The position numbers were made by a program, and so were the translations under genes. The notes beneath the pieces were generated by a model, which was given only the letters and a program-made list of their open reading frames with translations, was not told the DNA's origin and did no database searches. A DNA stretch of 59,543 bases, filler included. It is 4 parts of 4 records of this genome, joined end to end, with 100 filler letters (N's around TTAATTAATTAA, not from the genome) between each part and the next. Parts side by side here need not be neighbours in the genome. Positions count along the whole stretch, not along the records: positions 36,541 to 48,587 come from SRR22947727_579; positions 48,688 to 59,543 come from SRR22947727_588; 2 more parts are not named here. One strand, given 5' to 3'. The number at the start of each line of letters is the position of its first letter. Within the stretch, counting starts at the first letter, position 1. Positions 46,299 to 55,446 of this stretch are shown piece by piece.

Positions 46299-48359
46299 AT
46301 GACTGCACTAGATGATAAAATTAACCAACATTTTCCTGGACTTGTTGTCCGAAAGGACTTGGTTAAAACAGTCAAAGGAAACGCGATAGTTCCCTCTTAT
46401 GTTTTAGAATACTTGTTGGGGCAATATTGCGCAACTAATGACGAGACTTCAATTGAGAGCGGCATTGAAACAGTAAAAGATATTTTGGCAAAACACTATG
46501 TTCACCGAAATGAGGCAAACCTTACAAGGTCAAATATAAGAGAACGTGGTCGCTACAAGGTTATCGATAAAGTTAGTGTCTCACTTAATGACAGAAACGA
46601 CACCTACGAAGCAAGTTTTGCAAATCTTGGACTCAAAAAGGTTCTAGTTGATACTGATACAATCAAAAACCATCCCAAACTTTTGGTAACGGGTGTTTGG
46701 TGTATATCGGATATCGAATACGAGCATACTGAGGACTCTCGTGTCGAACCTTGGATATTGTCGTCAATAAAACCTATTCAACTTTCGCAATTTGATTTCG
46801 AGGGATATTTACAAGCACGAAAAGAATTCACTACCGAAGAGTGGATAGACCTTTTGATGCAAAGTATGGGTTTTAATCCAGAATTGTTCGGTAAACGTAA
46901 CAAGATGATGCAGTTACTTCGTTTGGTTCCATTTGTTGAAAGGAATTTTAATCTCATTGAATTAGGACCAAAGGGAACGGGCAAGTCTCATATTTTTTCA
47001 GAATTTAGTCCTCATGGAATGTTAATTTCTGGCGGTGAAGTAACCGTTCCAAAGTTGTTTGTTAATAACAGTTCGGGGAAGTTAGGATTAGTAGGTTATT
47101 GGGATGTCGTCGCCTTCGACGAGTTTGCTGGAAAACAAAAAAAAGTCGATAAAGCACTAGTTGATATTCTAAAAAACTACCTTGCTAACAAAACCTTTTC
47201 GAGGGGCGTAGAAACATTAGGTGCAGAAGCGTCTATGGCATTTATTGGTAACACAAAGCACAATGTGCCTTATATGCTGAAATATTCAGATCTTTTTGAG
47301 GAGTTGCCTGATAAGTACTATGATCCAGCATTTATTGACCGTCTGCATGCTTTTCTGCCCGGTTGGGAAGTAGATATCATCCGCGGGGAAATGTTCTCTG
47401 AGGGTTACGGATTTGTTGTTGATTATATTGCAGAGATATTAAGACATCTTAGAAACCAAGATTTCTCCGACAGGTACCAAGAGCATTTTACCATCTCTTC
47501 TGATATCGCCACGCGCGACCGAGATGCAGTACACAAAACATTTTCTGGTTTGATGAAGGTTTTATTTCCAAATGGAGAGCAAACGACTGAAGAAACCGAG
47601 GAAATATTGCATTTTGCAATGGAGAGTAGAAAGCGTGTCAAAGATCAATTGATGCGTCTTGATAGCACCTTTGAAAAGGTAGACTTTTCGTATGTGACAC
47701 CTTCAGGAAGCAAGAAGTCAGTTAAGACTCTGGAAGAAATAGAATATCCTAATCATTATTACAAAAGAGCAGCATCTGATGATCTGGACGAGCAAGACAC
47801 TTCCTTGGAGTCAGACGAGGAAAATTCTGGAAGAGACAAAACAGAGTTGCCTCAGGAAAATAGAAGTAAAACCCCAACCACTGGACATATTACTGTTTCA
47901 GAGAACCAGCGCGGAATAACTTTTGATCAATTATTTTCTAATTATTTGAATGGCGCTAAAAAAATCACTCTGACAGATCCATACATACGTGTTTTTCATC
48001 AAATGAGAAATCTGATGGAATTTGTTGAAACACTGGTAAAAGTTAAGGAACAAGAAGATGATATTGATCTACATCTAGTGACCCAACCAGATGATATGCG
48101 TGGCGAACAACAAGAAAATTATTTGATGCAGGTACAACAAAGTGCTGATGCTCACGGTATAAATTTTACTTGGGAATTTGATAATGAGGGCACTACTCAC
48201 GCGAGACATATCCTGACTGATACTGGATGGAAAATATCGTTGGATAGAGGACTGGATATTTTTCAACGATATGAAATGAATGATGCATTTAATCTGAATA
48301 ATAGATTGCAAGAAACTAGAGCATGCAAGGCATTTGAAATCACTTACTTGAACATTTAA
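46299..48359 (+). CDS. brxL: BREX BrxL AAA+ protein with a C-terminal PLD/MIT_C-like domain
   Basis: VVRKDL, YVLEYLLGQY, ELGPKGTGKS, VAFDEF; C-terminus TDPYIR..HQ..HARHILTD.GW.I.LDRGLD instead of a Lon protease domain. Confidence 0.9.
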   Translation: MTALDDKINQHFPGLVVRKDLVKTVKGNAIVPSYVLEYLLGQYCATNDETSIESGIETVKDILAKHYVHRNEANLTRSNIRERGRYKVIDKVSVSLNDRNDTYEASFANLGLKKVLVDTDTIKNHPKLLVTGVWCISDIEYEHTEDSRVEPWILSSIKPIQLSQFDFEGYLQARKEFTTEEWIDLLMQSMGFNPELFGKRNKMMQLLRLVPFVERNFNLIELGPKGTGKSHIFSEFSPHGMLISGGEVTVPKLFVNNSSGKLGLVGYWDVVAFDEFAGKQKKVDKALVDILKNYLANKTFSRGVETLGAEASMAFIGNTKHNVPYMLKYSDLFEELPDKYYDPAFIDRLHAFLPGWEVDIIRGEMFSEGYGFVVDYIAEILRHLRNQDFSDRYQEHFTISSDIATRDRDAVHKTFSGLMKVLFPNGEQTTEETEEILHFAMESRKRVKDQLMRLDSTFEKVDFSYVTPSGSKKSVKTLEEIEYPNHYYKRAASDDLDEQDTSLESDEENSGRDKTELPQENRSKTPTTGHITVSENQRGITFDQLFSNYLNGAKKITLTDPYIRVFHQMRNLMEFVETLVKVKEQEDDIDLHLVTQPDDMRGEQQENYLMQVQQSADAHGINFTWEFDNEGTTHARHILTDTGWKISLDRGLDIFQRYEMNDAFNLNNRLQETRACKAFEITYLNI

Positions 48360-48454
48360 GGTATATTCAAATCTACACTTAGCAAGATCCTGATTGTTTT
48401 TAAAATGCTGCTTAGAAGTTCTCGAGAAGTTTATCGATTAGGCAAAGGTTGCGA

Positions 48455-48587
48455 CTAATTAACTTCAGTTTTATGCCTATAAACAGATGCGATCCCAATC
48501 CCTAGTTCTGCTGCAATCTGTTTCGGTTTCAAACCTTCCTGCAGCAGTTTCTGAATGTCTCCAGATTTTCTCTTTGCAGTCGGCACA
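48455..48587 (-). CDS. Serine resolvase/invertase C-terminal HTH, 5' truncated
   Basis: Manual translation VPTAKRKSGDIQKLLQEGLKPKQIAAELGIGIASVYRHKTEVN*; absent from the ORF track. Confidence 0.8.
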
Positions 48588-48687
48588 NNNNNNNNNNNNN
48601 NNNNNNNNNNNNNNNNNNNNNNNNNNNNNNNTTAATTAATTAANNNNNNNNNNNNNNNNNNNNNNNNNNNNNNNNNNNNNNNNNNNN
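48588..48687. other. Artificial contig spacer
   Basis: N-run with TTAATTAATTAA. Confidence 0.98.
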
Positions 48688-48805
48688 TGTTATTTTTGAT
48701 TATTCTAAAATATTGATTACTTAGCATCCAAAATTGAGCAAAAACTTGAGTGTGTGATTGCACCGACCGCAATTCCCTGCTTTTTTTTGGGAAAATATCC
48801 ATTTT

Positions 48806-50368
48806 ATGAAACTCATGAACACTCACGCTGCCCTCTTCTCAACCTTATCGGCTCTGGCGCTTACCCCCATGGGAATTGCTCAAACTGTAGACTTCGTAAA
48901 AGACGTGAAACCTCTCCTTGAAGGTGCCTGCTTGCAGTGTCACAGCACTGAACACGCTAAAAAAGAAGGCGGGGATTACATCATGGAGACCAAAGAGGCT
49001 GCTTTCAAAGGTGGTGACTCCTATGAAGACGAGGTGATCATTTCAGGGAATGCGAAGGATAGTCCAGCTCACTGGATGCTGACTCTCGAAATGGACGATG
49101 ATGATCTGATGCCTCCCAAAAAGCCGCTCAACAAAGCGCAGCAGGCAATTATCGGAAAATGGATCGATGATGGAGCCAAATGGCCTGATGGCGTCGTTTT
49201 GGAAGATAAACCTCGGGTAAATTTCAAAAACATTAAAGCTCTCCTCGTCAAAGGAGGTAAAGGGGTCCCATTTACTCCTGCGGAAATCGATCGGCTTCGA
49301 CTTTGGGCTGAACAAGGGGCTGATTGGCCCGAAGGACAAGTCATCTCCGGCGGCGGGGGTGAACTTGGTGATAATATCGCGCTTGTTAAGCAGATCCGGA
49401 AAACGATCCTCGAGAATTCTCCTGAAAAATCTGAAGGCGAAATGAAAGCCTACACCGGCGCGATCGCAAAAACCGGTGAAAAATATGAAATGGTTCCAAT
49501 TCAGGGGGGAGAATTCACGATGGGAAGCCCTGACGCTGAAGAAGGCCGCTTTGATGACGAGGGCCCTCAGCACAAAGTGAAGATTGAGCCCTTCTGGATG
49601 GGTAAATACGAAGTGCAGTGGACCGAGTACGAACCTTTCATGGTGACCTCTGTCGCACGAAACAAAGATGGCTCTCCTGAAAAAATCACGGATGACATGG
49701 CACCGGTCGACATCGTTTCGAGTCCGACAACTCCGTATGTTGAGATGTCATTTGGTCTTGGAAACGAGTCCGGATTTCCTGCGATTTGCATGACCCAGCA
49801 CGGAGCAAATAAATACTGCCAGTGGCTCTCAGCACAAACCGGCCACTTTTATCGCCTTCCAACAGAAGCTGAGTGGGAATACGCCTGCCGCGCGGGAACA
49901 ACGGGTGCGTTTCACTGTGACGAGGCAGATCTCGCTGACTACGCCGTTTTTGATCCCGACCAGACCAGAAATGGATACGACAAAGTCGGCACGAAGAAGC
50001 CAAATCCATGGGGACTTTACGACATGCATGGAAACGTCATGGAGTGGGTCATCGACCAGTATAACGAAAAACTCTACTCCAATTGGAAAGACACCATTGC
50101 AAATGGCCCCATCGAATGGCCTAGGCAACTCTATCCTCGCGTTGCGCGTGGGGGTTCCTGGTATGATCCACCAGAAGAACTTCGCTCAGCACGCCGCATT
50201 TTCTCAGACGAATCCTGGAAAGTACAGGATCCCCAGTTGCCAAAATCAATTTGGTATCACACCGATGCTCAATGGCTCGGCTTCCGCATCGTCCGCCCTC
50301 TCACCATTCCTTCTGCTGAAGAGATGGAGAAGTTTTGGAACGTGGGTGCTCTCGATATCGTCGAGTAG
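48806..50368 (+). CDS. Planctomycete-type cytochrome c + FGE-sulfatase (SUMF1-like) domain protein
   Basis: Signal peptide, VDFVKDVKPLL..CLQCH, MPP; F.MGS, RLPTEAEWEYACRAG, NPWGLYDMHGNV.EW, RGGSW, GFR. Confidence 0.9.
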   Translation: MKLMNTHAALFSTLSALALTPMGIAQTVDFVKDVKPLLEGACLQCHSTEHAKKEGGDYIMETKEAAFKGGDSYEDEVIISGNAKDSPAHWMLTLEMDDDDLMPPKKPLNKAQQAIIGKWIDDGAKWPDGVVLEDKPRVNFKNIKALLVKGGKGVPFTPAEIDRLRLWAEQGADWPEGQVISGGGGELGDNIALVKQIRKTILENSPEKSEGEMKAYTGAIAKTGEKYEMVPIQGGEFTMGSPDAEEGRFDDEGPQHKVKIEPFWMGKYEVQWTEYEPFMVTSVARNKDGSPEKITDDMAPVDIVSSPTTPYVEMSFGLGNESGFPAICMTQHGANKYCQWLSAQTGHFYRLPTEAEWEYACRAGTTGAFHCDEADLADYAVFDPDQTRNGYDKVGTKKPNPWGLYDMHGNVMEWVIDQYNEKLYSNWKDTIANGPIEWPRQLYPRVARGGSWYDPPEELRSARRIFSDESWKVQDPQLPKSIWYHTDAQWLGFRIVRPLTIPSAEEMEKFWNVGALDIVE

Positions 50369-50393
50369 TCCGTTCCCAGCGATGACCTTTTCG

Positions 50394-50425
50394 AAAAAGC
50401 GGATCACCGAGTGATCCGCTTTTTT
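50394..50425. terminator. Bidirectional intrinsic terminator
   Basis: AAAAAGCGGATCAC-CGA-GTGATCCGCTTTTTT. Confidence 0.9.
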
Positions 50426-50478
50426 GTGTCCTGATTCTTCTTGATAGAAACCGGTGCCAGCAGCAAAACTTCGATATT

Positions 50479-51624
50479 ATGGCGTCGGACGCAGAAGTCT
50501 TTAGCGATAAACTCGAGCGGATGTTCGCACATCTTGTCGAAGCCGAGCAATGGGAGCGCATTCTCGAGTTCGGGCCGCAGCTGTTGTCGAACGATCCCGA
50601 AAACTAGTTTGTTCATGCCATGATGGGTCAGGCAGCCCTGGAAGTAGATGATAAACTGAAGCGGGCCCGCTTGCATGGAAAGGCTGCCCTTCGGATCGAA
50701 CCCGAAGAATCGTTTTCGCATTTGCTGATGGCGAGAATTCATCACAAGGCGAATCGATTACTCGATGCAAAACGCTCTCTTCTCGAAGCTCTGAAATTTG
50801 AGCCCGAAGACGCTGACTTATGGCAGGAATTCGGTTGGAATTACTATCAACGGGGAGATTTCATCACCGCTCGCGAAGCCGTCAAACAAGCCAGCTCGTT
50901 CAAACCCAATGATTCCTCGATCGAAAATCTCGCCACGGCCGTCGCCGGCCTCGCCGATGACGAATCGCGACTCGACGTCTACGATCAAATCGAAGGTTAC
51001 GAACGCGCTCTTCGTCATGACCCGGAAGATGCCACCGTGATGCACAATATTGGGCAAGTGTATCTGCAAGATCTCGACGATGGAAAGAATGCCGAAGAAT
51101 GGTTTCGAAAAGCCGCGCAAATTGACCCGAACCAACCTCAGTTTCGAGAAGGCCTCATCGCCGCAATCCGAAGACGGGATCCCATTTTACGAGTCCTGAA
51201 TTTCCCGTGGAATTGGTCAAAGCGGGCCTTTCGGGTCGGCGAACGCTGGCAGGCAAAGAAACGATGGCTCATCATTCTTCTTATCCCCTTGTCTCCGATC
51301 ATTGGCGCGCTCCTAATCTCGGGCCTCGCCATCTGGGCGGTATTCCTTTTCGGGCCGGCCAAACTTTACGAGTGGCTCACCTTTACAGAAGCGATGAAAA
51401 AAGTGGGTGCCGTTTCCAGCTACAATCGCGGAATCCATCGCCTGCCATTTCTGCTGCGGCTTTTAATTTTCCTTTCGATCGTTCCTTTTTTTATCGGAGA
51501 ATTCGGGTGGTTCTTCACCGCACCTGCGGCAAAAGCCTATCATGACATCATCATCGGAGGCGGCAGCATCGTTGCGATGGCATTCGGCATTTGGTGGAGC
51601 GCTAAAAGGCAGAATCCTTCGTGA
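50479..51624 (+). pseudogene. TPR membrane protein interrupted by an in-frame TAG at 50605-50607
   Basis: MASDAEV..QLLSNDPEN*FVHAMMGQAAL continues a TPR repeat across the stop; downstream TPRs and C-terminal TM helices intact. Confidence 0.7.
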
Positions 51625-52369
51625 TTCCAACACACCCAAACGCCGCTTCCGGCTCCGCAATTTCAATCCCGAAAAGCTCAGACAAATCTCCCCCTTTTAA
51701 AACCTCCGCCGATTCGTCAGCCGTCGTCAAATCCCCTGCCCCCGCAGCCGCTTTTCCAGCAGCGATGATGAGCTCGCGGTGATCCACTTTCCGTAGCTTA
51801 AAAAACAGCTCAGGATTCTGATCCAACTTCACACCGACCGCATACAAAACCGCCGCTGCATGTTTGCAAAGCGTCGCGTAATCCGGGCAATTGCAATCGA
51901 ACCGGATTTTCTTGGGCTCAGGAAAAAGGCCTTCATCCTGGTCAGTGATCGCTGACAACACCCCCGGCCCCAGCTTTCCGCTCAACAAATCGACTAAATT
52001 CGTCACCTTCCCCGCGACCTTTTCTTTCAACGCTTCCCATCGCTGTTTCGGAAGCGAGTTGATCAAAATCACGACTTCATAAATCGATGAACCGGTGACG
52101 TAAGCAAAAATCTCGCCCTCGTTAATTTCCAAATCGTAAACGTTCCCTGCCCGCAGATAGGCACGCCCACGCGGCAGACGCGTTTCGAAATCCATGTAGG
52201 ACTCCACATTCTCATTCCACGCCTTGCCCCAAAACGTTGTCGACGGGTTTCCGCGCTTCACCTCCGTATTGATATTTTCAAAAGGCTCACCTTTAGCGCG
52301 CCGCTTCTCGATTTCCTTCGAGACCCGTGCCTGAATATCGGCTTTGCTTTCGTATTCGTACCAACTCAT
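51602..52369 (-). CDS. SWIM zinc-finger protein
   Basis: FWGKAW, RLPRGRAY, GLFP, CNCPD..CKHAAAVLY. Confidence 0.9.
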   Translation of the reverse strand: MSWYEYESKADIQARVSKEIEKRRAKGEPFENINTEVKRGNPSTTFWGKAWNENVESYMDFETRLPRGRAYLRAGNVYDLEINEGEIFAYVTGSSIYEVVILINSLPKQRWEALKEKVAGKVTNLVDLLSGKLGPGVLSAITDQDEGLFPEPKKIRFDCNCPDYATLCKHAAAVLYAVGVKLDQNPELFFKLRKVDHRELIIAAGKAAAGAGDLTTADESAEVLKGGDLSELFGIEIAEPEAAFGCVGITKDSAF

Positions 52370-52437
52370 CTACACGAAAGCGTAGCACGAATTAGCCACT
52401 TTACGATTCAGTGAAACCCCAATTACGCTTCCGACTT

Positions 52438-53145
52438 ATGATTCGAAAAATTATTTCTCTCACTGCAATTGCCATCGCCGGGATTGCAGTCACCGCTCTC
52501 GTCGCTCAAGACAAATCAACCTCTGAGCATAATACCCTTACCAAATCCGAAAAAGCCGATGGTTGGAAACTACTTTTCAACGGCAAAGACATGAGCCAGC
52601 TGAAAGGCTACAAAAAAGACGCCGTCGGCGAAAAATGGCAGATTCAGAAAGGTGCAATCGTCTTCACTGCAAAAGGCGCTGGCGATATCATCACCAAAGA
52701 TCAATACGAAGCTTTCGAATTTACCGTTGATTACAATATTTCAAAAGGCGGCAACAGCGGCCTGATGTTTCACGTTACCGAAACCGAAAAAACACCGTGG
52801 ATGACCGGCCCTGAGATTCAAATTCAGGACAACGTCAACGGCCACGACCCGCAAAAAGCAGGCTGGCTTTATCAACTCTACCCTGCAGAAATCGATGCCA
52901 CCAATCCTGCTGGCGAGTGGAACACTCTGAAAGTTCGGGTTTCACCAAAAGGCAGCAAGATTTGGATGAACGGAAAAGAATACACCTCGTTCGTAAAAGG
53001 CTCCGATGAGTGGAATGCTAAAGTGGCCGCCAGCAAATTCTCGAAATTCGAGAACTTCGGCAAGCCAACCAAAGGTCACCTCTGCCTTCAGGATCACGGA
53101 AACGTTGTGAAATTCCGTAACATCAAGGTTCGTGAGCTGAAGTAA
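52438..53145 (+). CDS. DUF1080 (3-keto-disaccharide hydrolase family) protein
   Basis: Signal peptide, GWKLLFNGKD, GNSG, E.QIQD, GEWN, LQDHG..V.FRNIK. Confidence 0.9.
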   Translation: MIRKIISLTAIAIAGIAVTALVAQDKSTSEHNTLTKSEKADGWKLLFNGKDMSQLKGYKKDAVGEKWQIQKGAIVFTAKGAGDIITKDQYEAFEFTVDYNISKGGNSGLMFHVTETEKTPWMTGPEIQIQDNVNGHDPQKAGWLYQLYPAEIDATNPAGEWNTLKVRVSPKGSKIWMNGKEYTSFVKGSDEWNAKVAASKFSKFENFGKPTKGHLCLQDHGNVVKFRNIKVRELK

Positions 53146-53160
53146 TTCCGCCCGCCGAAA

Positions 53161-54396
53161 TTACATGATTTTATCGTAAACGGTCAGTGCGGTCTTCACC
53201 GCGAGACCGCAGGCCACGATAAATCCGATGATCGCAATCACAAGAATCCAGCGCGGAACCTTGCGGTCACCGGTCAAATCCTTGCGCGTTCCCAAATAAA
53301 TCAGAGCCGCAGCAAGAGCGGGAATTCCCAGCACCGTGCAGGCCTGAGCAAAGGTAATCAGGTTCACGGTGCTTTCTTTATTTCGCATCGCAAAGATCGA
53401 AATCACCATTCCACAAAGTAGCGCAACAGTAGTAAGATGAAGCGGCCACTTTTCGGTCAAACGGCTACCTTTGCCTAAGCTGTCCGCCATCACCGTTCCG
53501 CCAATCATTGCGTTCACTAGGAATGAACTCGCAGCTCCCGCAAGAATTCCGATCGCAAAAATCACCTTCGAGCTCGATCCAAAAAGCGGCTCCAACTGTC
53601 GAGCAACATCGCCGACACTCCCAAGCGTGACGCCGGGGTTTCCATAAAAAATTCGCGTCGCTGTCAGCAAAATCACGATAGTAACAAGACCCAGCAACGA
53701 TATCGAAACGACCGAATCAACCACCCCCTTTTTAGCATCGGCAATTCCCCAGCCTTTCTCTTTTACCAAATACGCTTGGTAAAATGCGCCACCGACAGAA
53801 AAAGTCGTCCCGATCATTCCCAGCAACGGAATCCAGTCCCGCGGCCCCGCAGGCACAACCGGCTCATAACTACGTGGCTGGAGATGCGCCACGACAAAGT
53901 TGAACAGGAATGAAATGACAATCAGTCCAATCAAAATTTTCATCAGCTTTTCGACCGATGAATAAAGATTTCGCATCAGATACAAACTGGCAATCACCAA
54001 GGCGTTCATCACCACGACCGTGATAATTTTTGCTGTCGTGGAGATCCCCGCTCCGGGCGTCTTCTCAAGAAGTGGCTCTAGGCCAGCTGCGACCGCTATG
54101 TTGTTACTGTTCTGAAAAATCGCGACCAGCAGAAACAAAATTAAACCTACGGCAACTGCCACCGGACGACCCAGCCGAGCCGCCAATTCGTCACACGGAC
54201 TTTTTTCGAAAATAACGCCAATGCGGGCAGACAACGCCACCATTGCAATCATCAGAAATGCAGCCGCGCAAATCACGGGAACACCGATATAACCAAAGCT
54301 GGCCCCCACTTTCGAACTTGTCAGGATACTGCCGGGGCCGAGAACGACGGCGGCAACGATGATGGCTGGGCCAATGGAGCGGAAAAGGTTTTTCAC
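53161..54396 (-). CDS. Nramp-related membrane transporter
   Basis: IGPAIIVAAVVLGPGS, about 11 TM helices, IGTT; lacks the DPGN motif. Confidence 0.8.
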   Translation of the reverse strand: MKNLFRSIGPAIIVAAVVLGPGSILTSSKVGASFGYIGVPVICAAAFLMIAMVALSARIGVIFEKSPCDELAARLGRPVAVAVGLILFLLVAIFQNSNNIAVAAGLEPLLEKTPGAGISTTAKIITVVVMNALVIASLYLMRNLYSSVEKLMKILIGLIVISFLFNFVVAHLQPRSYEPVVPAGPRDWIPLLGMIGTTFSVGGAFYQAYLVKEKGWGIADAKKGVVDSVVSISLLGLVTIVILLTATRIFYGNPGVTLGSVGDVARQLEPLFGSSSKVIFAIGILAGAASSFLVNAMIGGTVMADSLGKGSRLTEKWPLHLTTVALLCGMVISIFAMRNKESTVNLITFAQACTVLGIPALAAALIYLGTRKDLTGDRKVPRWILVIAIIGFIVACGLAVKTALTVYDKIM

Positions 54397-54425
54397 GAGT
54401 CAATAGGGTTGGTTCAAAAAACGGC

Positions 54426-55340
54426 TTACAAGCCGATCGATTTTCGAGGATTGTGGCAGACGAGCTGTTCGATTTCGAGATCAGAAAGTCCGAGTTCGCG
54501 TGATAGGTTTTCGCGAATTTTTGGCATGGTCACGGTGGAACCGGCAAGATTTGGCGAACCCGGGCGGCGCGCGACACCTGATTCATCGATTTCGACGGGA
54601 GCTCCTGACAACTCGTAAATCCCAGGTCCGAGTTTCGCCGCCGAGATTGCATCCGACGTCATTAGCGATCGCTCGATTCCGCTGATTTTAAGATAATTTT
54701 TCAGCGCAAAAAAATCGACGTGTGCGCCATCCGGAATGTAACAAATCCACAGTCGATCAGACAACGAAAGAGCCCGCTGAATAATGTTGTCGTGCCGCGG
54801 AAGAACCACGGGGCAACCGTTTCCGAGATGCGTCATCATCGACAATCCGGCATCGATTGATCCAGCAAGCTGATCAAACGGCGGATCGCAATGGCCCGCA
54901 GAAACAGTGATGTTTTGATCTGCGAGAAATCGAGTCGTCGCGAAATCGGGATCATTTTCCGGAGCAAGCGTCACGATTTTCGTCAATCCTCCAGTCGCTT
55001 CAAGGAGCCGTTTCATGTCGTCGACATTCGCCGGTTTCACGCATTCCGGCGGGTGCGCGCCGATGTATCCCACTCCGGAATTTAGAAACGGGCCTTCAAT
55101 ATGAAACCCGGCAACCATTTCCCGCACCAGCTCATCCGATTCACGAAACGTCACCATTTTTTCCAACTTCGCGCACAACGAATCGACGTGATCGGTAATC
55201 ACCGTTGCCAGAAATTGCCCCACGCCATCGGCTTTCAATTCCGCACACGCAATGTGCATTTGCTCGGCAGTTAGATTTGCGGAGCAAAAATCTGCGCCGG
55301 CATAGCCGTTTACCTGAATGTCAAAAGGGTGTGTATTCAT
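54426..55340 (-). CDS. nagA: N-acetylglucosamine-6-phosphate deacetylase
   Basis: DIQVNG, HIEGPF, GAHP, TLAPE, GH, THLGNG, DGAH, LAGS. Confidence 0.88.
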   Translation of the reverse strand: MNTHPFDIQVNGYAGADFCSANLTAEQMHIACAELKADGVGQFLATVITDHVDSLCAKLEKMVTFRESDELVREMVAGFHIEGPFLNSGVGYIGAHPPECVKPANVDDMKRLLEATGGLTKIVTLAPENDPDFATTRFLADQNITVSAGHCDPPFDQLAGSIDAGLSMMTHLGNGCPVVLPRHDNIIQRALSLSDRLWICYIPDGAHVDFFALKNYLKISGIERSLMTSDAISAAKLGPGIYELSGAPVEIDESGVARRPGSPNLAGSTVTMPKIRENLSRELGLSDLEIEQLVCHNPRKSIGL

Positions 55341-55446
55341 CGTTGAATTGAGAAAGTAATGCTCGGAAGCGCCAAATGGTGGGCGGGGCTTAAAATATCA
55401 GCAAGCAGATAATTGCATAGCCCAATTCCCGATTCGTCGAACAGAC

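Noticed and set aside
36541-48359. BREX locus as a new defence system in itself
   Set aside because: brxB-brxC-pglX-pglZ-brxL is the known type I order; only the BrxL C-terminus and the sequence composition are unusual.
19998-48587. Phage carrying BREX, or a prophage integrated at cysS
   Set aside because: The segments are separated by artificial spacers, so no physical linkage is shown; the shared RGCY depletion does not prove a common replicon.
48632-48826. ORF-track entries containing X runs (also the ends of 19761..19949 and 19946..21778)
   Set aside because: They read into spacer Ns and stop in the linker; the true genes are truncated or the ORF is spurious.
50605-50607. Amber recoding (pyrrolysine or an alternative genetic code) in contig 4
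   Set aside because: TAG ends adjacent genes (50366-50368 and 51602-51604) and no other interrupted gene was seen.
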